DNA of 64,000 nt from an uncultured Dehalococcoidia bacterium (GTDB lineage: Bacteria; Chloroflexota; Dehalococcoidia; Lucifugimonadales; Australimonadaceae), in the NCBI GenBank assembly GCA_964560025.1, contig CAZLKC010000005.1, positions 41,102 through 105,101 on the forward strand. The letters run 5' to 3'. Shown piece after piece: positions 17,138 through 25,450 of the stretch (position 1 is its first letter; each line of letters begins with the position of its first letter). The translations under genes and the position numbers were made by a program. The notes under the pieces were generated by a model that was given only the letters and a program-made list of their open reading frames with translations, searched no databases and had not been told where the DNA came from.

Positions 17138-19321
17138 CTAGGCGCAGCGGTTCCAGCCGCAGGCGGGACAGGCGACGCAACCCTCTTGGCGGACAACCGG
17201 CCCGTTGCAGTCAGGGCAGCGCGGAGATGCGAGCGTCTCGGTTCCCATAGGGAGCGCCGTCTGCGCCGCGTAGGCCTGGCGGAGGCGCTGCTCCTCCTCC
17301 GTCCCGCCCTCCAGCGCGTGGAGGGCGAGGACTTGGGCTACGGCGTCGGGCGCGGAGGTGATGAGCCTGCCGCCGTCCCACACCGGCTCGCTAGTGATGC
17401 CGCGCAACTGCTCGACTATCTCGACCGCCGGGATGCCCGACCTGAGCGCTAGCGACGCCAGGCGGGAGATCGCCTCCAAGTGCGCTTGGTCGGCGCCGCC
17501 GGCCTTTCCGACAGTGGTGAACACCTCGAAAGGCAGGCCGTCGTCGTCGAAGTTGACGGTTACATAGGCGTTGCCGTGGGCGGTGCGCATGCGTTCGGTT
17601 ATGCCGCGAATCGTCTTGGGGCGCTCGCGCGTTTTGCGCTGCGCTTTGGTTCGCGGCGCGGGGTTGGCCCCCGCCTCCAACACCTGTGCAGCCTTGGAGC
17701 CGTCGCGGTAGACGGTGATGCCCGTGCAGCCGAGCCGGTAGGCGAGGCGGTACGCCTCCTCTACGTCCTCCCGCGCCGCGTCGTTGGGCATATTCACCGT
17801 CTTGGACACCGCCAAGTCGGTGTGGCGCTGGAACGCCGCCTGCATCTGCACGTGCACGTCGTAGGGAATCTCCATCGCCGTTGCGAAGAGCGCCTTCACG
17901 TCGTCCGGCACGCCGGGCGCGCCCTGCGCCGAGCCTGTGCGCGCCACCTCGTCCGCCAGTTCCGCGCTCCAGAAGCCCCGCTCCTTGGCGACCTCCTCGA
18001 AGCGCGGATTCACCTCGGTGAGGCGCTGGCCGTCGAGCACGTTCTTGACGAACGCGAGGGCGAACAGCGGCTCGATGCCGGAGGAGCACCCCGCGATGGC
18101 GCTGATGCTGCCCGTCGGGGCGATGCAGGTGCGTGTTGCGTTGCGGTAGCCGTCGCCGCGGGAGGCGGGGTAAGCGCCGCGCTCCGAGGCTAGATCGGCG
18201 GAGGCTTGCGCCGCCGCGCGGTCGATGCGCCGCATCACCCACTCCGCCAGTTCGAGCGCTCGGGGGGCGGCGTAAGGAACGCCGAGCGCGATGAGCGCGT
18301 CGTGCCATCCCATCACGCCGAGGCCGATCTTGCGGGTCTGCTCCACCGCCTCGGCAACCTCCGGCGTGGGGAAGCGGTTGGCCGTAACCACGTCGTCGAG
18401 GAAGCGCACGGCCAGCCGCGCCGCCGCGTCTAGGGCGCGCTCGTCGAAGCGAGGCTCGGCGCCGCCGGTGACGAACGCCGCAAGGTTCAGCGAGCCGAGG
18501 TTGCAGGCCTCGTAGGGCAGCAGGGGCACCTCGCCACAGGGGTTGGTGCTTTCGAGGCGGCCCAAGTGCGGCGTGGGGTTGCGGCGGTTGGCCTGGTCGA
18601 TGAAGTAGAGGCCCGGGTCGCCCGTGCTCCACGCCGCGTCCACTATCTCGCGCCACAACTCCGCAGCGGGGAGCGTCTGCGTTACGACGCCGCTGTGCGG
18701 GTCGATGAGCTCCCACGCCTCGCCGCGTTCCACCGCGTCCATGAAGGCGTCGGTAACGGCGACCGAGACGTTGAAGTTCTCCGCCGCGCCCGCCTGCCCC
18801 TTCATCCGGATGAAGTCCAAGACCTCGGGGTGGGATACGGGCAGGATGCCCATATTGGCGCCGTGGCGCTTGCCTCCCTGCGTGATCATCGCGGAGAGGT
18901 TGGAGAGCATCCTCAGCACCGCCACCGCACCGCAGGCACTGCCGTGCGTCGTGGAGATGCGGCTGCCCTTGGCGCGCAACTGCCCGAAAGAGTAGCCGAC
19001 GCCCCCGCCGAACTTCTGAATCATCGCGGAGGAGGCCGCCGCCGCCATAATCGAGTCCATGCTGTCCTGTATCGGAAGCACGAAGCAGGCGGAGAGGGTG
19101 CCCTGGCCCGTTCCCGCATTGAACAGGGTGGGGGAGTTGGGCAGGAAGCGCCCCGACGCCATCAGGTCGTAGAACAGGTCGGCCCAGGCACCCGGCTCCG
19201 GCTCCGCAGCCGCTACTGCGTCGGCGACGCGCCGGTAGAGGCGCTCGGGCGTCTCGCCCGCTTGCAGGTAGCGCGCATGGAGCACGGCCATGGCATTGGA
19301 GGAGAGTTGCGGCGTGGTCAT
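17138..19321 (-). CDS. nrdJ: Adenosylcobalamin-dependent (class II) ribonucleotide reductase
   Basis: …FLPNSPTLFNAG…LSACFVL…NPCGE… plus a C-terminal Cys-rich tail (CPDCNGPVVRQEGCVACPACG). It forms an ATGA overlap with nrdR. Confidence 0.93.
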   Translation of the reverse strand: MTTPQLSSNAMAVLHARYLQAGETPERLYRRVADAVAAAEPEPGAWADLFYDLMASGRFLPNSPTLFNAGTGQGTLSACFVLPIQDSMDSIMAAAASSAMIQKFGGGVGYSFGQLRAKGSRISTTHGSACGAVAVLRMLSNLSAMITQGGKRHGANMGILPVSHPEVLDFIRMKGQAGAAENFNVSVAVTDAFMDAVERGEAWELIDPHSGVVTQTLPAAELWREIVDAAWSTGDPGLYFIDQANRRNPTPHLGRLESTNPCGEVPLLPYEACNLGSLNLAAFVTGGAEPRFDERALDAAARLAVRFLDDVVTANRFPTPEVAEAVEQTRKIGLGVMGWHDALIALGVPYAAPRALELAEWVMRRIDRAAAQASADLASERGAYPASRGDGYRNATRTCIAPTGSISAIAGCSSGIEPLFALAFVKNVLDGQRLTEVNPRFEEVAKERGFWSAELADEVARTGSAQGAPGVPDDVKALFATAMEIPYDVHVQMQAAFQRHTDLAVSKTVNMPNDAAREDVEEAYRLAYRLGCTGITVYRDGSKAAQVLEAGANPAPRTKAQRKTRERPKTIRGITERMRTAHGNAYVTVNFDDDGLPFEVFTTVGKAGGADQAHLEAISRLASLALRSGIPAVEIVEQLRGITSEPVWDGGRLITSAPDAVAQVLALHALEGGTEEEQRLRQAYAAQTALPMGTETLASPRCPDCNGPVVRQEGCVACPACGWNRCA

Positions 19322-19935
19322 TGCTTGGCGTCGCCTGCGCCGTTAGCGCCGGAGAGGGCGGGTTCGCCCCGGTTCGGCAGCGCGATGCCGGGCCTCCTGC
19401 CGCGCCTGGCTCGGGGCCTCGGTGGCGCGGCCGATTCGTTCGGTATCAGCGTCAACTGCTCGTCCGCGTCGGTCGCGGCAGCGGCCTGCTCGGGCGACTC
19501 AATCGCCTGTATCTCACGCATAAAGGCGCCGAGGTCGGCGAAGTCGCGGTAGACGCTGGCGTACCGAATGTAGGCCACTGGGTCGAGGGCGCGCAAGCGC
19601 TCGATGGCAATCTCGCCCACCCGCGCCGCCTTCACCTCAGCGCGCCCGATGCGCCGAACGTCCTCCTCGATCTCTTCGACGAGGCGGTCGAGCGCGCCGG
19701 TGGGGAGAGGGCGCTTCACGCAGGCGAGGCGGATGCTACGCAGGAGTTTGTCGCGGTTGAACTCCTCGCGCCGCCCGTCGCGCTTCTCGATGGTGAGCGT
19801 CGTCTGCTGGACGCGCTCGTAGGTGGTGAAGCGCGCGCCGCAGTCGGCGCACTCGCGGCGGCGGCGCGTCTCGGGCCCGGTGTCGCGCGAGTCGGTTACG
19901 CGGGATTCGGCGTGGCCGCAGTTGGGGCAAAGCAT
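19318..19935 (-). CDS. nrdR: Transcriptional repressor NrdR, with a roughly 50-aa Pro/Arg/Ala-rich C-terminal extension
   Basis: MLCPNCGHAESRVTDSRD…CADCGARFTTYERV zinc ribbon plus an ATP-cone. The ATG at 19935 is chosen over the over-extended start at 20007. Confidence 0.92.
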   Translation of the reverse strand: MLCPNCGHAESRVTDSRDTGPETRRRRECADCGARFTTYERVQQTTLTIEKRDGRREEFNRDKLLRSIRLACVKRPLPTGALDRLVEEIEEDVRRIGRAEVKAARVGEIAIERLRALDPVAYIRYASVYRDFADLGAFMREIQAIESPEQAAAATDADEQLTLIPNESAAPPRPRARRGRRPGIALPNRGEPALSGANGAGDAKQ

Positions 19936-20001
19936 GACAACCTCGAGGGCGGCCCCCGCGGGGCATCCGCGGGGGCCGCCGCGTATTCGTGGCGGCAACT
20001 G

Positions 20002-20017
20002 CGTCAATATATTGTAT
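20002..20017. promoter_or_regulatory. NrdR-box-like palindrome (core CAATATATTG)
   Basis: The 10-bp core matches positions 4-13 of the NrdR-box consensus acaCwAtATaTwGtgt as I remember it. It lies about 70 nt upstream of nrdR. Confidence 0.5.
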
Positions 20018-20127
20018 TGGTAAGGTGCGCGGCCACTAGATACGCTATCCGGTGGCCGCCTCTTTCGAGGCAGAAGCAGTTATCACAGGCGCCGCATTGG
20101 TTTGTCAAGAGGCGATTCACTGGATTT

Positions 20128-20173
20128 GCCCGATATCTTGGGGCAATCCATCTTTTGCTACCATATCTTGCGC
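20128..20173. promoter_or_regulatory. Two further NrdR-box-like half-degenerate sites (CAAGATATCG and CAAGATATGG on the reverse strand), exactly 30 bp apart
   Basis: The cores lie at 20131-20140 and 20161-20170. Each matches the consensus core at 8/10 positions. Confidence 0.35.
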
Positions 20174-20193
20174 ATAATGGGCAGGAGCAAGCG

Positions 20194-20685
20194 ATGACCG
20201 ACAACAGCGAATCCGCCGTCCGCGAGGCGCTCTCCCGCCTCGGCGCGGCGCATGACCTCATCCACATCGACCCCGCCTACGCGGACACGGACGCCTTCTG
20301 CGAGCGCTACGGCTATCCGCGAGAAAAGTCGGGCAACACCATCATCGTGGCGTCGCGGCGGGAGCCGCGCGTGTTCGCCGCGTGCCTCACCACCGCCGAC
20401 CGCAAGCTCGACGTGAACCACAAGGTGCGCGAACTGATGGGCGTGCGCCGCCTCTCGTTCGCCTCCGCCGAGGACACGCGCGAGCTGACCGGGATGATGA
20501 TCGGCGGCGTAACGGCGTTCGGCCTGCCCGACGGCCTGCCGCTCTACGTGGACGCGGCCATCATGACGTTGGACTACCTCATCGTCGGCGGGGGCGGGCG
20601 CTCGGTGAAGGTGAAGTTAGCGCCGGAGGAGTTGCGCAAGATACCGGGGGCGGTGGTCGTGGAGGGACTCGGGACAGCGGGGTAG
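20194..20685 (+). CDS. YbaK/ProX-type aminoacyl-tRNA editing (deacylase) domain protein
   Basis: MTDNSESAVREAL…NTIIVASRREPRVFAACL…LTGMMIGGVTAFGLP…. The ATG at 20194 is preceded by GGCAGGAG. The 454-aa track ORF is over-extended. Confidence 0.8.
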   Translation: MTDNSESAVREALSRLGAAHDLIHIDPAYADTDAFCERYGYPREKSGNTIIVASRREPRVFAACLTTADRKLDVNHKVRELMGVRRLSFASAEDTRELTGMMIGGVTAFGLPDGLPLYVDAAIMTLDYLIVGGGGRSVKVKLAPEELRKIPGAVVVEGLGTAG

Positions 20686-20700
20686 GGGGTATTCTCCTAC

Positions 20701-20728
20701 CGTCATTCCCGCTTTCGCGGGAATGACG
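20701..20728. repeat. REP-like perfect palindrome CGTCATTCCCGC-TTTC-GCGGGAATGACG
   Basis: 12-bp perfect arms. It is preceded by a second small hairpin (GTAGG…CCTAC, 20682-20700) straight after the ybaK-like stop. A degenerate second copy lies at 44167-44190. Confidence 0.6.
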
Positions 20729-20798
20729 CGATGGTTCCTGCGCTACAATCCCGCCGCGTTGCTGCGCAGCCGCGCCAGGCGCGCCACGAGGAGGAGCT

Positions 20799-22250
20799 AT
20801 GAGCGAGCGACAGGCGGACACCATCATCAAGGGCGGCTTGGTGGCTACGGGGGAGGGCGTGCGCCGCGCCGATCTCGTCATCGAGGGAGGCGTCATCGCC
20901 GCCGTCGTGCCCGACGCATCGGGCGCGCACGCCGCGCGCGTCACCGACGCGGCGGGGCGCTACGTGCTGCCCGGCACCGTGGACGCGCACTGCCACCCCG
21001 TCAACTCCGACCGCATCGACAGTATGAGCATGACGGCGGCGTTCGGGGGCATCACCACCGTCATCCCCTTTATGGGCAACGTGCGCGCGTGGGGCTGGAC
21101 CGGCAACACCGTGGACATCATGCACCGCTTCATCGACGAGGCGGAGCGCACCAGCTACCTCGATTTCGCCATCCACGGCGTGTTCACGCCGTCGGACAAG
21201 GAGAGTTACCGCGCCGCCGTCGGCGAGCTCGTCCGTATGGGCGTAACCTCGTTCAAGATGTTCATGGCCTACTCGCGGCGGGGGATGATGACGCCTGACG
21301 ACATGCTGCTGGACATCATGTCCTTGGCAGCGCACGACGGCGGGTTGGCGCAGGTGCACGCCGAGACGGGCTGCTGCATCGACTTCCTCATCGACCGCTT
21401 CACGGAGGCGGGGCAGACCTCGCCCGACTTCTTCGGCCCGTCCCAGCCGAATATGCTGGAGGTGGAGGCGCTGACGCGGGCGGCGACCTTCTCCGCCGTT
21501 GCGGGAGCGCCGCTGTACCCTGTACACCTGAGCGCGCGGGAGACGCCCGCCGCGCTGCGTCGCTTCCGCGAGATGGACAAGGCGCCGCTCTACGCGGAGA
21601 CCTGCCCGCACTATCTGACGCTGACCAACGACGAGATACTGACCAAAGGCGCGCTCGCCAAGTGCGGCCCGCCGCTGCGCGAGGCGGAGGACAACGAGGC
21701 GATGTGGCAGGCCGTGGCGGACGGGACGATCAACGTCATCGCGTCCGATTCCTGCGGCCTCGCCTCGGGGCAGAAGTTGACGGGCGGGATGAGCGAGCAG
21801 GCGGCCGGAGAGGCGGCGCCGGAGGGGCCGGTCAGCATCTTCGAGGGCTCGTTCGGCCTGAACACCATCGAGTTCATGGTGCCCGTCGTGTGGACGCATG
21901 GGGTGAACGCGGGGCGCATCACGCTGCCGCGCCTCGTGCAGACGCTGTGCGAGAACCCGGCCAAGATATTCGGCCTGTGGCCGCGCAAGGGCGCGCTGCT
22001 GCCCGGGTCGGACGCGGACGTGGCCATCTGGGACCCTGCCAAGACGCACGTGGTGGACAAGCAGCACGGCAACACCGACTTCTCCTCGTTCGAGGGGTTC
22101 GAGTTGCTGGGGATGCCGGAGGTGGTGATGCAGCGCGGCGAAGTCGTCGTGCAGCACGGAACGCTGGTCGGCGGGCAGGGCAGGGCGCGCTTCCTGAAGG
22201 GCGACGCCAACGCTGCCTCCTACGCGCCTCGCGGCCCGGTAGTGGTCTAG
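20799..22250 (+). CDS. Dihydropyrimidinase / D-hydantoinase-type cyclic amidohydrolase
   Basis: PGTVDAHCHP metal site and GVTSFKMFMAY (the carboxylated-Lys motif of hydantoinases). Confidence 0.85.
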   Translation: MSERQADTIIKGGLVATGEGVRRADLVIEGGVIAAVVPDASGAHAARVTDAAGRYVLPGTVDAHCHPVNSDRIDSMSMTAAFGGITTVIPFMGNVRAWGWTGNTVDIMHRFIDEAERTSYLDFAIHGVFTPSDKESYRAAVGELVRMGVTSFKMFMAYSRRGMMTPDDMLLDIMSLAAHDGGLAQVHAETGCCIDFLIDRFTEAGQTSPDFFGPSQPNMLEVEALTRAATFSAVAGAPLYPVHLSARETPAALRRFREMDKAPLYAETCPHYLTLTNDEILTKGALAKCGPPLREAEDNEAMWQAVADGTINVIASDSCGLASGQKLTGGMSEQAAGEAAPEGPVSIFEGSFGLNTIEFMVPVVWTHGVNAGRITLPRLVQTLCENPAKIFGLWPRKGALLPGSDADVAIWDPAKTHVVDKQHGNTDFSSFEGFELLGMPEVVMQRGEVVVQHGTLVGGQGRARFLKGDANAASYAPRGPVVV

Positions 22251-22264
22251 GGAGGCGAGGCGAT

Positions 22265-23983
22265 ATGGCCGCAATGCGCGAGAACCGGCCTACGCGGGCG
22301 CGCCTCGTCAAGGACGAAGCGACGGCGCCCCGCGCGATGGTGGCGACGAAGCACCGCATCGCCACGGAGGCGGGGTTGGCGATGCTGGAGGCGGGCGGCA
22401 ACGCCGTCGACGCAGCCGTCGCCGCATGCCTCGCCGTCGGCGTGGTCGAGCCGGAGTCTTCCGGAATCGGCGGCGGCGGCTACCTCGTCTACCAGGTGGA
22501 AGGCAAGGGCGGCGTGATCGGCTTCCCGATGCGCGCTCCTGCCGCCGCCTCGCCCGATATGTACCGCCTCACCGGCGCGGCGACGGCGGGCGTGTTCGGC
22601 TGGCCCGGCGTGGAGGGCGACGCCAACATCGAGGGCGGCGCGGCGGTGGCCGTGCCGGGGACGGTCGCGGGGCTGTGCGAGGCGCACCGCCGGTTCGGGC
22701 GCTTGCCGCTCGCGGAGGTCGCCGCGCCTGCGGTTGCGGTTGCCCGCGACGGATTCACGCTCGACTGGCACGAGCGCTACGTGCTCGGCCTCCAGGCGGG
22801 CAAACTGCACCGCTACGACGAACTGCGCCGAACCTTCACCGTCAACGGTGAACTGCCCGGCGGCCCCGCCTCCGAACCCGTGCGCCTGCGCCAACCCGAC
22901 CTGGCCGCCGTGCTGGAGCGCATCGGACGCGAGGGCGCGGACGGATTCCACAAAGGCGAGGTGGCCGCCGCCATAGCCGAGGGAGTGCGGGCGCAGGGCG
23001 GCGTGCTGTCGGAGGCCGACCTGGCGGCCTACCAGCCGCGCGTCTGGGAGCAAGGATTGGAGGTCGGCTACCGGGGCTTGACGGTGCGCGTGCCGCCCTA
23101 CGCCTGCGCCGGAATCACCAGCGCGATGACGCTGCGCCTGCTGGAGGGATTCGACGTGGGCGCGTTGGGGCATGGCTCGCTCGAAGCCGTCCACGCCTAC
23201 GTCTGCGCCGCGCGCCTCGCCTACGCCGACCGCTTCGCCTACCTGTCCGACCCCGACTTCGTGGACGCGCCCTGGAACGGCCTGGTCAGCGACGGCTACA
23301 TCGCCAAGCGGCGCGCCCTCATCAACGACCGCGCGCAAGAGTTCGCGCCGGGCGACCCGTGGGAGTTCGAGGGCCGCCGCCCGACGGAGCAGCTGCCGGA
23401 GAGCCGCCCCGCGTGGGAGACGGGGACGACGCACCTGTGCGTCATCGACGCCGACGGCAACGCGGTCTCGCTCACGAACACCATCATGTCGGGGTTCGGC
23501 TCCGGCGTCGTCCCGCCGGGCACGGGCGTGGTGATGAACAACGGGATGATGTGGTTCGACCCCGTCCCCGGCCGCGTGAACTCCATCGCCCCCGGCAAAG
23601 GAGCGCTGAACAATATGACGCCGGCGCTCGTGCTGAACGGCGGCAAAGTCGTGCTGGCGCTGGGGGCGTCGGGGGGCAGGCTCATCACGAACTGCGTAAC
23701 GCAGGCGCTTTCCAACGTCGTAGACCACGGCATGGGGCCGCAAGAGGCGGTGGACGCGCCGCGCGTGGACGCGAGCACGCCGTGGACGAGCGTCGACCAC
23801 CGCCTGGGCGCCGAGGTGATCGCGGGGTTGGAGGCCAAGGGGCACCGTCTCAAGGTCATCCCGCACGGCGTCCTCGATTCGGGCTACGCCACGTTCGCCA
23901 GTCCGCTGGTGATTCAGCGCGACGCGCAAGGGCTGCGCGCGGGAGCGGACGCGTTCCACACCGCCTACGCGGCGGGGCTGTAG
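22265..23983 (+). CDS. ggt: Gamma-glutamyltransferase
   Basis: …ESSGIGGGGY…, the autoprocessing site TGTTHLCVIDADGNAVSLTNTI, and GSGVVPPGTGVVMNN. The ATG at 22265 follows GGGAGG. Confidence 0.92.
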   Translation: MAAMRENRPTRARLVKDEATAPRAMVATKHRIATEAGLAMLEAGGNAVDAAVAACLAVGVVEPESSGIGGGGYLVYQVEGKGGVIGFPMRAPAAASPDMYRLTGAATAGVFGWPGVEGDANIEGGAAVAVPGTVAGLCEAHRRFGRLPLAEVAAPAVAVARDGFTLDWHERYVLGLQAGKLHRYDELRRTFTVNGELPGGPASEPVRLRQPDLAAVLERIGREGADGFHKGEVAAAIAEGVRAQGGVLSEADLAAYQPRVWEQGLEVGYRGLTVRVPPYACAGITSAMTLRLLEGFDVGALGHGSLEAVHAYVCAARLAYADRFAYLSDPDFVDAPWNGLVSDGYIAKRRALINDRAQEFAPGDPWEFEGRRPTEQLPESRPAWETGTTHLCVIDADGNAVSLTNTIMSGFGSGVVPPGTGVVMNNGMMWFDPVPGRVNSIAPGKGALNNMTPALVLNGGKVVLALGASGGRLITNCVTQALSNVVDHGMGPQEAVDAPRVDASTPWTSVDHRLGAEVIAGLEAKGHRLKVIPHGVLDSGYATFASPLVIQRDAQGLRAGADAFHTAYAAGL

Positions 23984-24129
23984 CGGGGCGAGCGGCGCCC
24001 GCAACTTGACGGAGAGCGGGCGGGGCCATATCGTCCCGCGATACTTTCGGTCCGCTTGGGCCATGTCTGCGAGTTGGCGCGGGACGACGCCAGGTTGGGC
24101 GCCGTCCAAACTCGCACGGAGGGGAGGCC

Positions 24130-24834
24130 ATGAAGGGCGTAATCATCGCCGCCGGCGACGGCGGTCGGCTACAGCCGTTGACGTTCACTTCGCCCAAGGT
24201 GCTGCTGCCTATGTGGGACAGCCCCTTGATCTCGTACCCGCTGCAATCCATGTCCGCCGCGGGCATCAGGGAGGTGGTCATCGTCGTGGGCTACCGGGCG
24301 CGGCAAGTGATCGAGGGCGTGCGCAAACTGCTGCCGCCCTGGATGAGCGCCGAGTTCGCCCATAACCCGCACTTCAACGGCGGCAACGCCATATCGCTCG
24401 CCGCAGCGGAGGCCTACGTCGGCGATTCGCCCTTCATCTTGAGTATGGGAGACCACATCATCGAGCCCGGGGTTGCCCCCGCTTTGGCGGAGAACCCCTT
24501 CGATGGCCCGGTGCTGGCGGTGGACAGTCAGCCGACGCTGGACAGCCAGGTGAACGACGCGACGCGGGTGCTGCGAGACGGGCAGGGGCGGATCCGCCGT
24601 ATCGGCAAACATCTGACGCAGTGGAACGCGGTGGACATCGGCGTGTTCCGCTTTCCGCCCTCCGTCTTCGAGACGATCCGGCGCTTGCAGCGCACGCGCG
24701 GCGTCGCCCTCGAGATGAACGAGGTGATGCAGAGCATGGCGGACGATCTGATGGTCGGCACGCACGACGTGGCGGGGTTGTTCTGGAGCGACATCGACAC
24801 GCTGGAGGACTACCGTAGCGTCGCCGCCCAGTAG
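24130..24834 (+). CDS. Sugar/alcohol-phosphate nucleotidyltransferase (NTP_transferase family)
   Basis: MKGVIIAAGDGGRLQPLT…PKVLLP signature. Confidence 0.8.
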   Translation: MKGVIIAAGDGGRLQPLTFTSPKVLLPMWDSPLISYPLQSMSAAGIREVVIVVGYRARQVIEGVRKLLPPWMSAEFAHNPHFNGGNAISLAAAEAYVGDSPFILSMGDHIIEPGVAPALAENPFDGPVLAVDSQPTLDSQVNDATRVLRDGQGRIRRIGKHLTQWNAVDIGVFRFPPSVFETIRRLQRTRGVALEMNEVMQSMADDLMVGTHDVAGLFWSDIDTLEDYRSVAAQ

Positions 24835-24964
24835 CGGCGGCGCGGCGGCCGCCTACGACGGGCTAGTCTCCCGCCATATCAACCGCCGCTTCTCGCGCCC
24901 CATAGCGCGCGTCCTCGCCAAAACGCCCGCCACGCCCAACCAGGTCTCGGCGGCGAGTTTCCTG

Positions 24965-25450
24965 ATGGCCGGCGGCGTGCTCTACCTCTTCGCGGCAGGG
25001 GCGCCGATATGGGCGGGGCTGCTGGCGCAGGCGTGCTCCATCGTGGACGGCGTCGACGGCGACCTAGCGCGCGCCAAGGGCATGGCGTCGCGCTTCGGCG
25101 GCTTCCTCGACGCGGTGCTCGACCGCTACACCGACGCGATCATCCTATTGGGGCTGACCATCTGGGCCGCGAGCGGCACGGAGGGCGTGCTGCCCTGGGC
25201 GGCGGGGTTTGCGGCGCTGTCGGGCAGCTTCGCCGTTACGTACACCCGCGCGCGCATCGAAGAGTCGCGGCGGACGATGTTCGACCGCGGCCTCTCGTCC
25301 CTCGCCTCGCGCGACGTGCGGCTGCTGGTGGTGATGATCGGCGCGCTGGCGGGGCAGGGGACGGCGACGCTGCTGGCGCTGGCGGCGCTGACGAACGCCA
25401 TCGTAGTGGTGCGGCTATTCGCGGCGCGCTCGGCGCTGCGGGACGGCTAG
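24965..25450 (+). CDS. CDP-alcohol phosphatidyltransferase. The coordinates give the first ATG, but the conserved N-terminal region continues upstream in frame to at least 24842 with no canonical start.
   Basis: DGVDGDLARAKGMASRFGGFLDAVLDRYTD matches D-G-x2-A-R-x8-G-x3-D-x3-D. The upstream in-frame codons read AAAAYDGLVSRHINRRFSRPIARVLAKTPATPNQVSAASFL. Confidence 0.85.
   Translation: MAGGVLYLFAAGAPIWAGLLAQACSIVDGVDGDLARAKGMASRFGGFLDAVLDRYTDAIILLGLTIWAASGTEGVLPWAAGFAALSGSFAVTYTRARIEESRRTMFDRGLSSLASRDVRLLVVMIGALAGQGTATLLALAALTNAIVVVRLFAARSALRDG

Noticed and set aside
22247-24109. 620-aa minus-strand ORF and similar long antisense ORFs (9681..10835, 15025..16002, 20703..22274, 42252..43874, 44366..45910)
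   Set aside because: All are antisense or out of frame to genes with clear family motifs, and they have Arg/Pro/Gly-dominated composition. They are GC-driven open frames, not genes.
24825-24845. Programmed +1 ribosomal frameshift at CAG-TAG-C joining the two transferase ORFs (prfB-like)
   Set aside because: The P-site codon CAG cannot re-pair in the +1 frame (AGU), and there is no upstream SD-like stimulator at the right distance. An indel, either a mutation or a sequencing error, is more likely.
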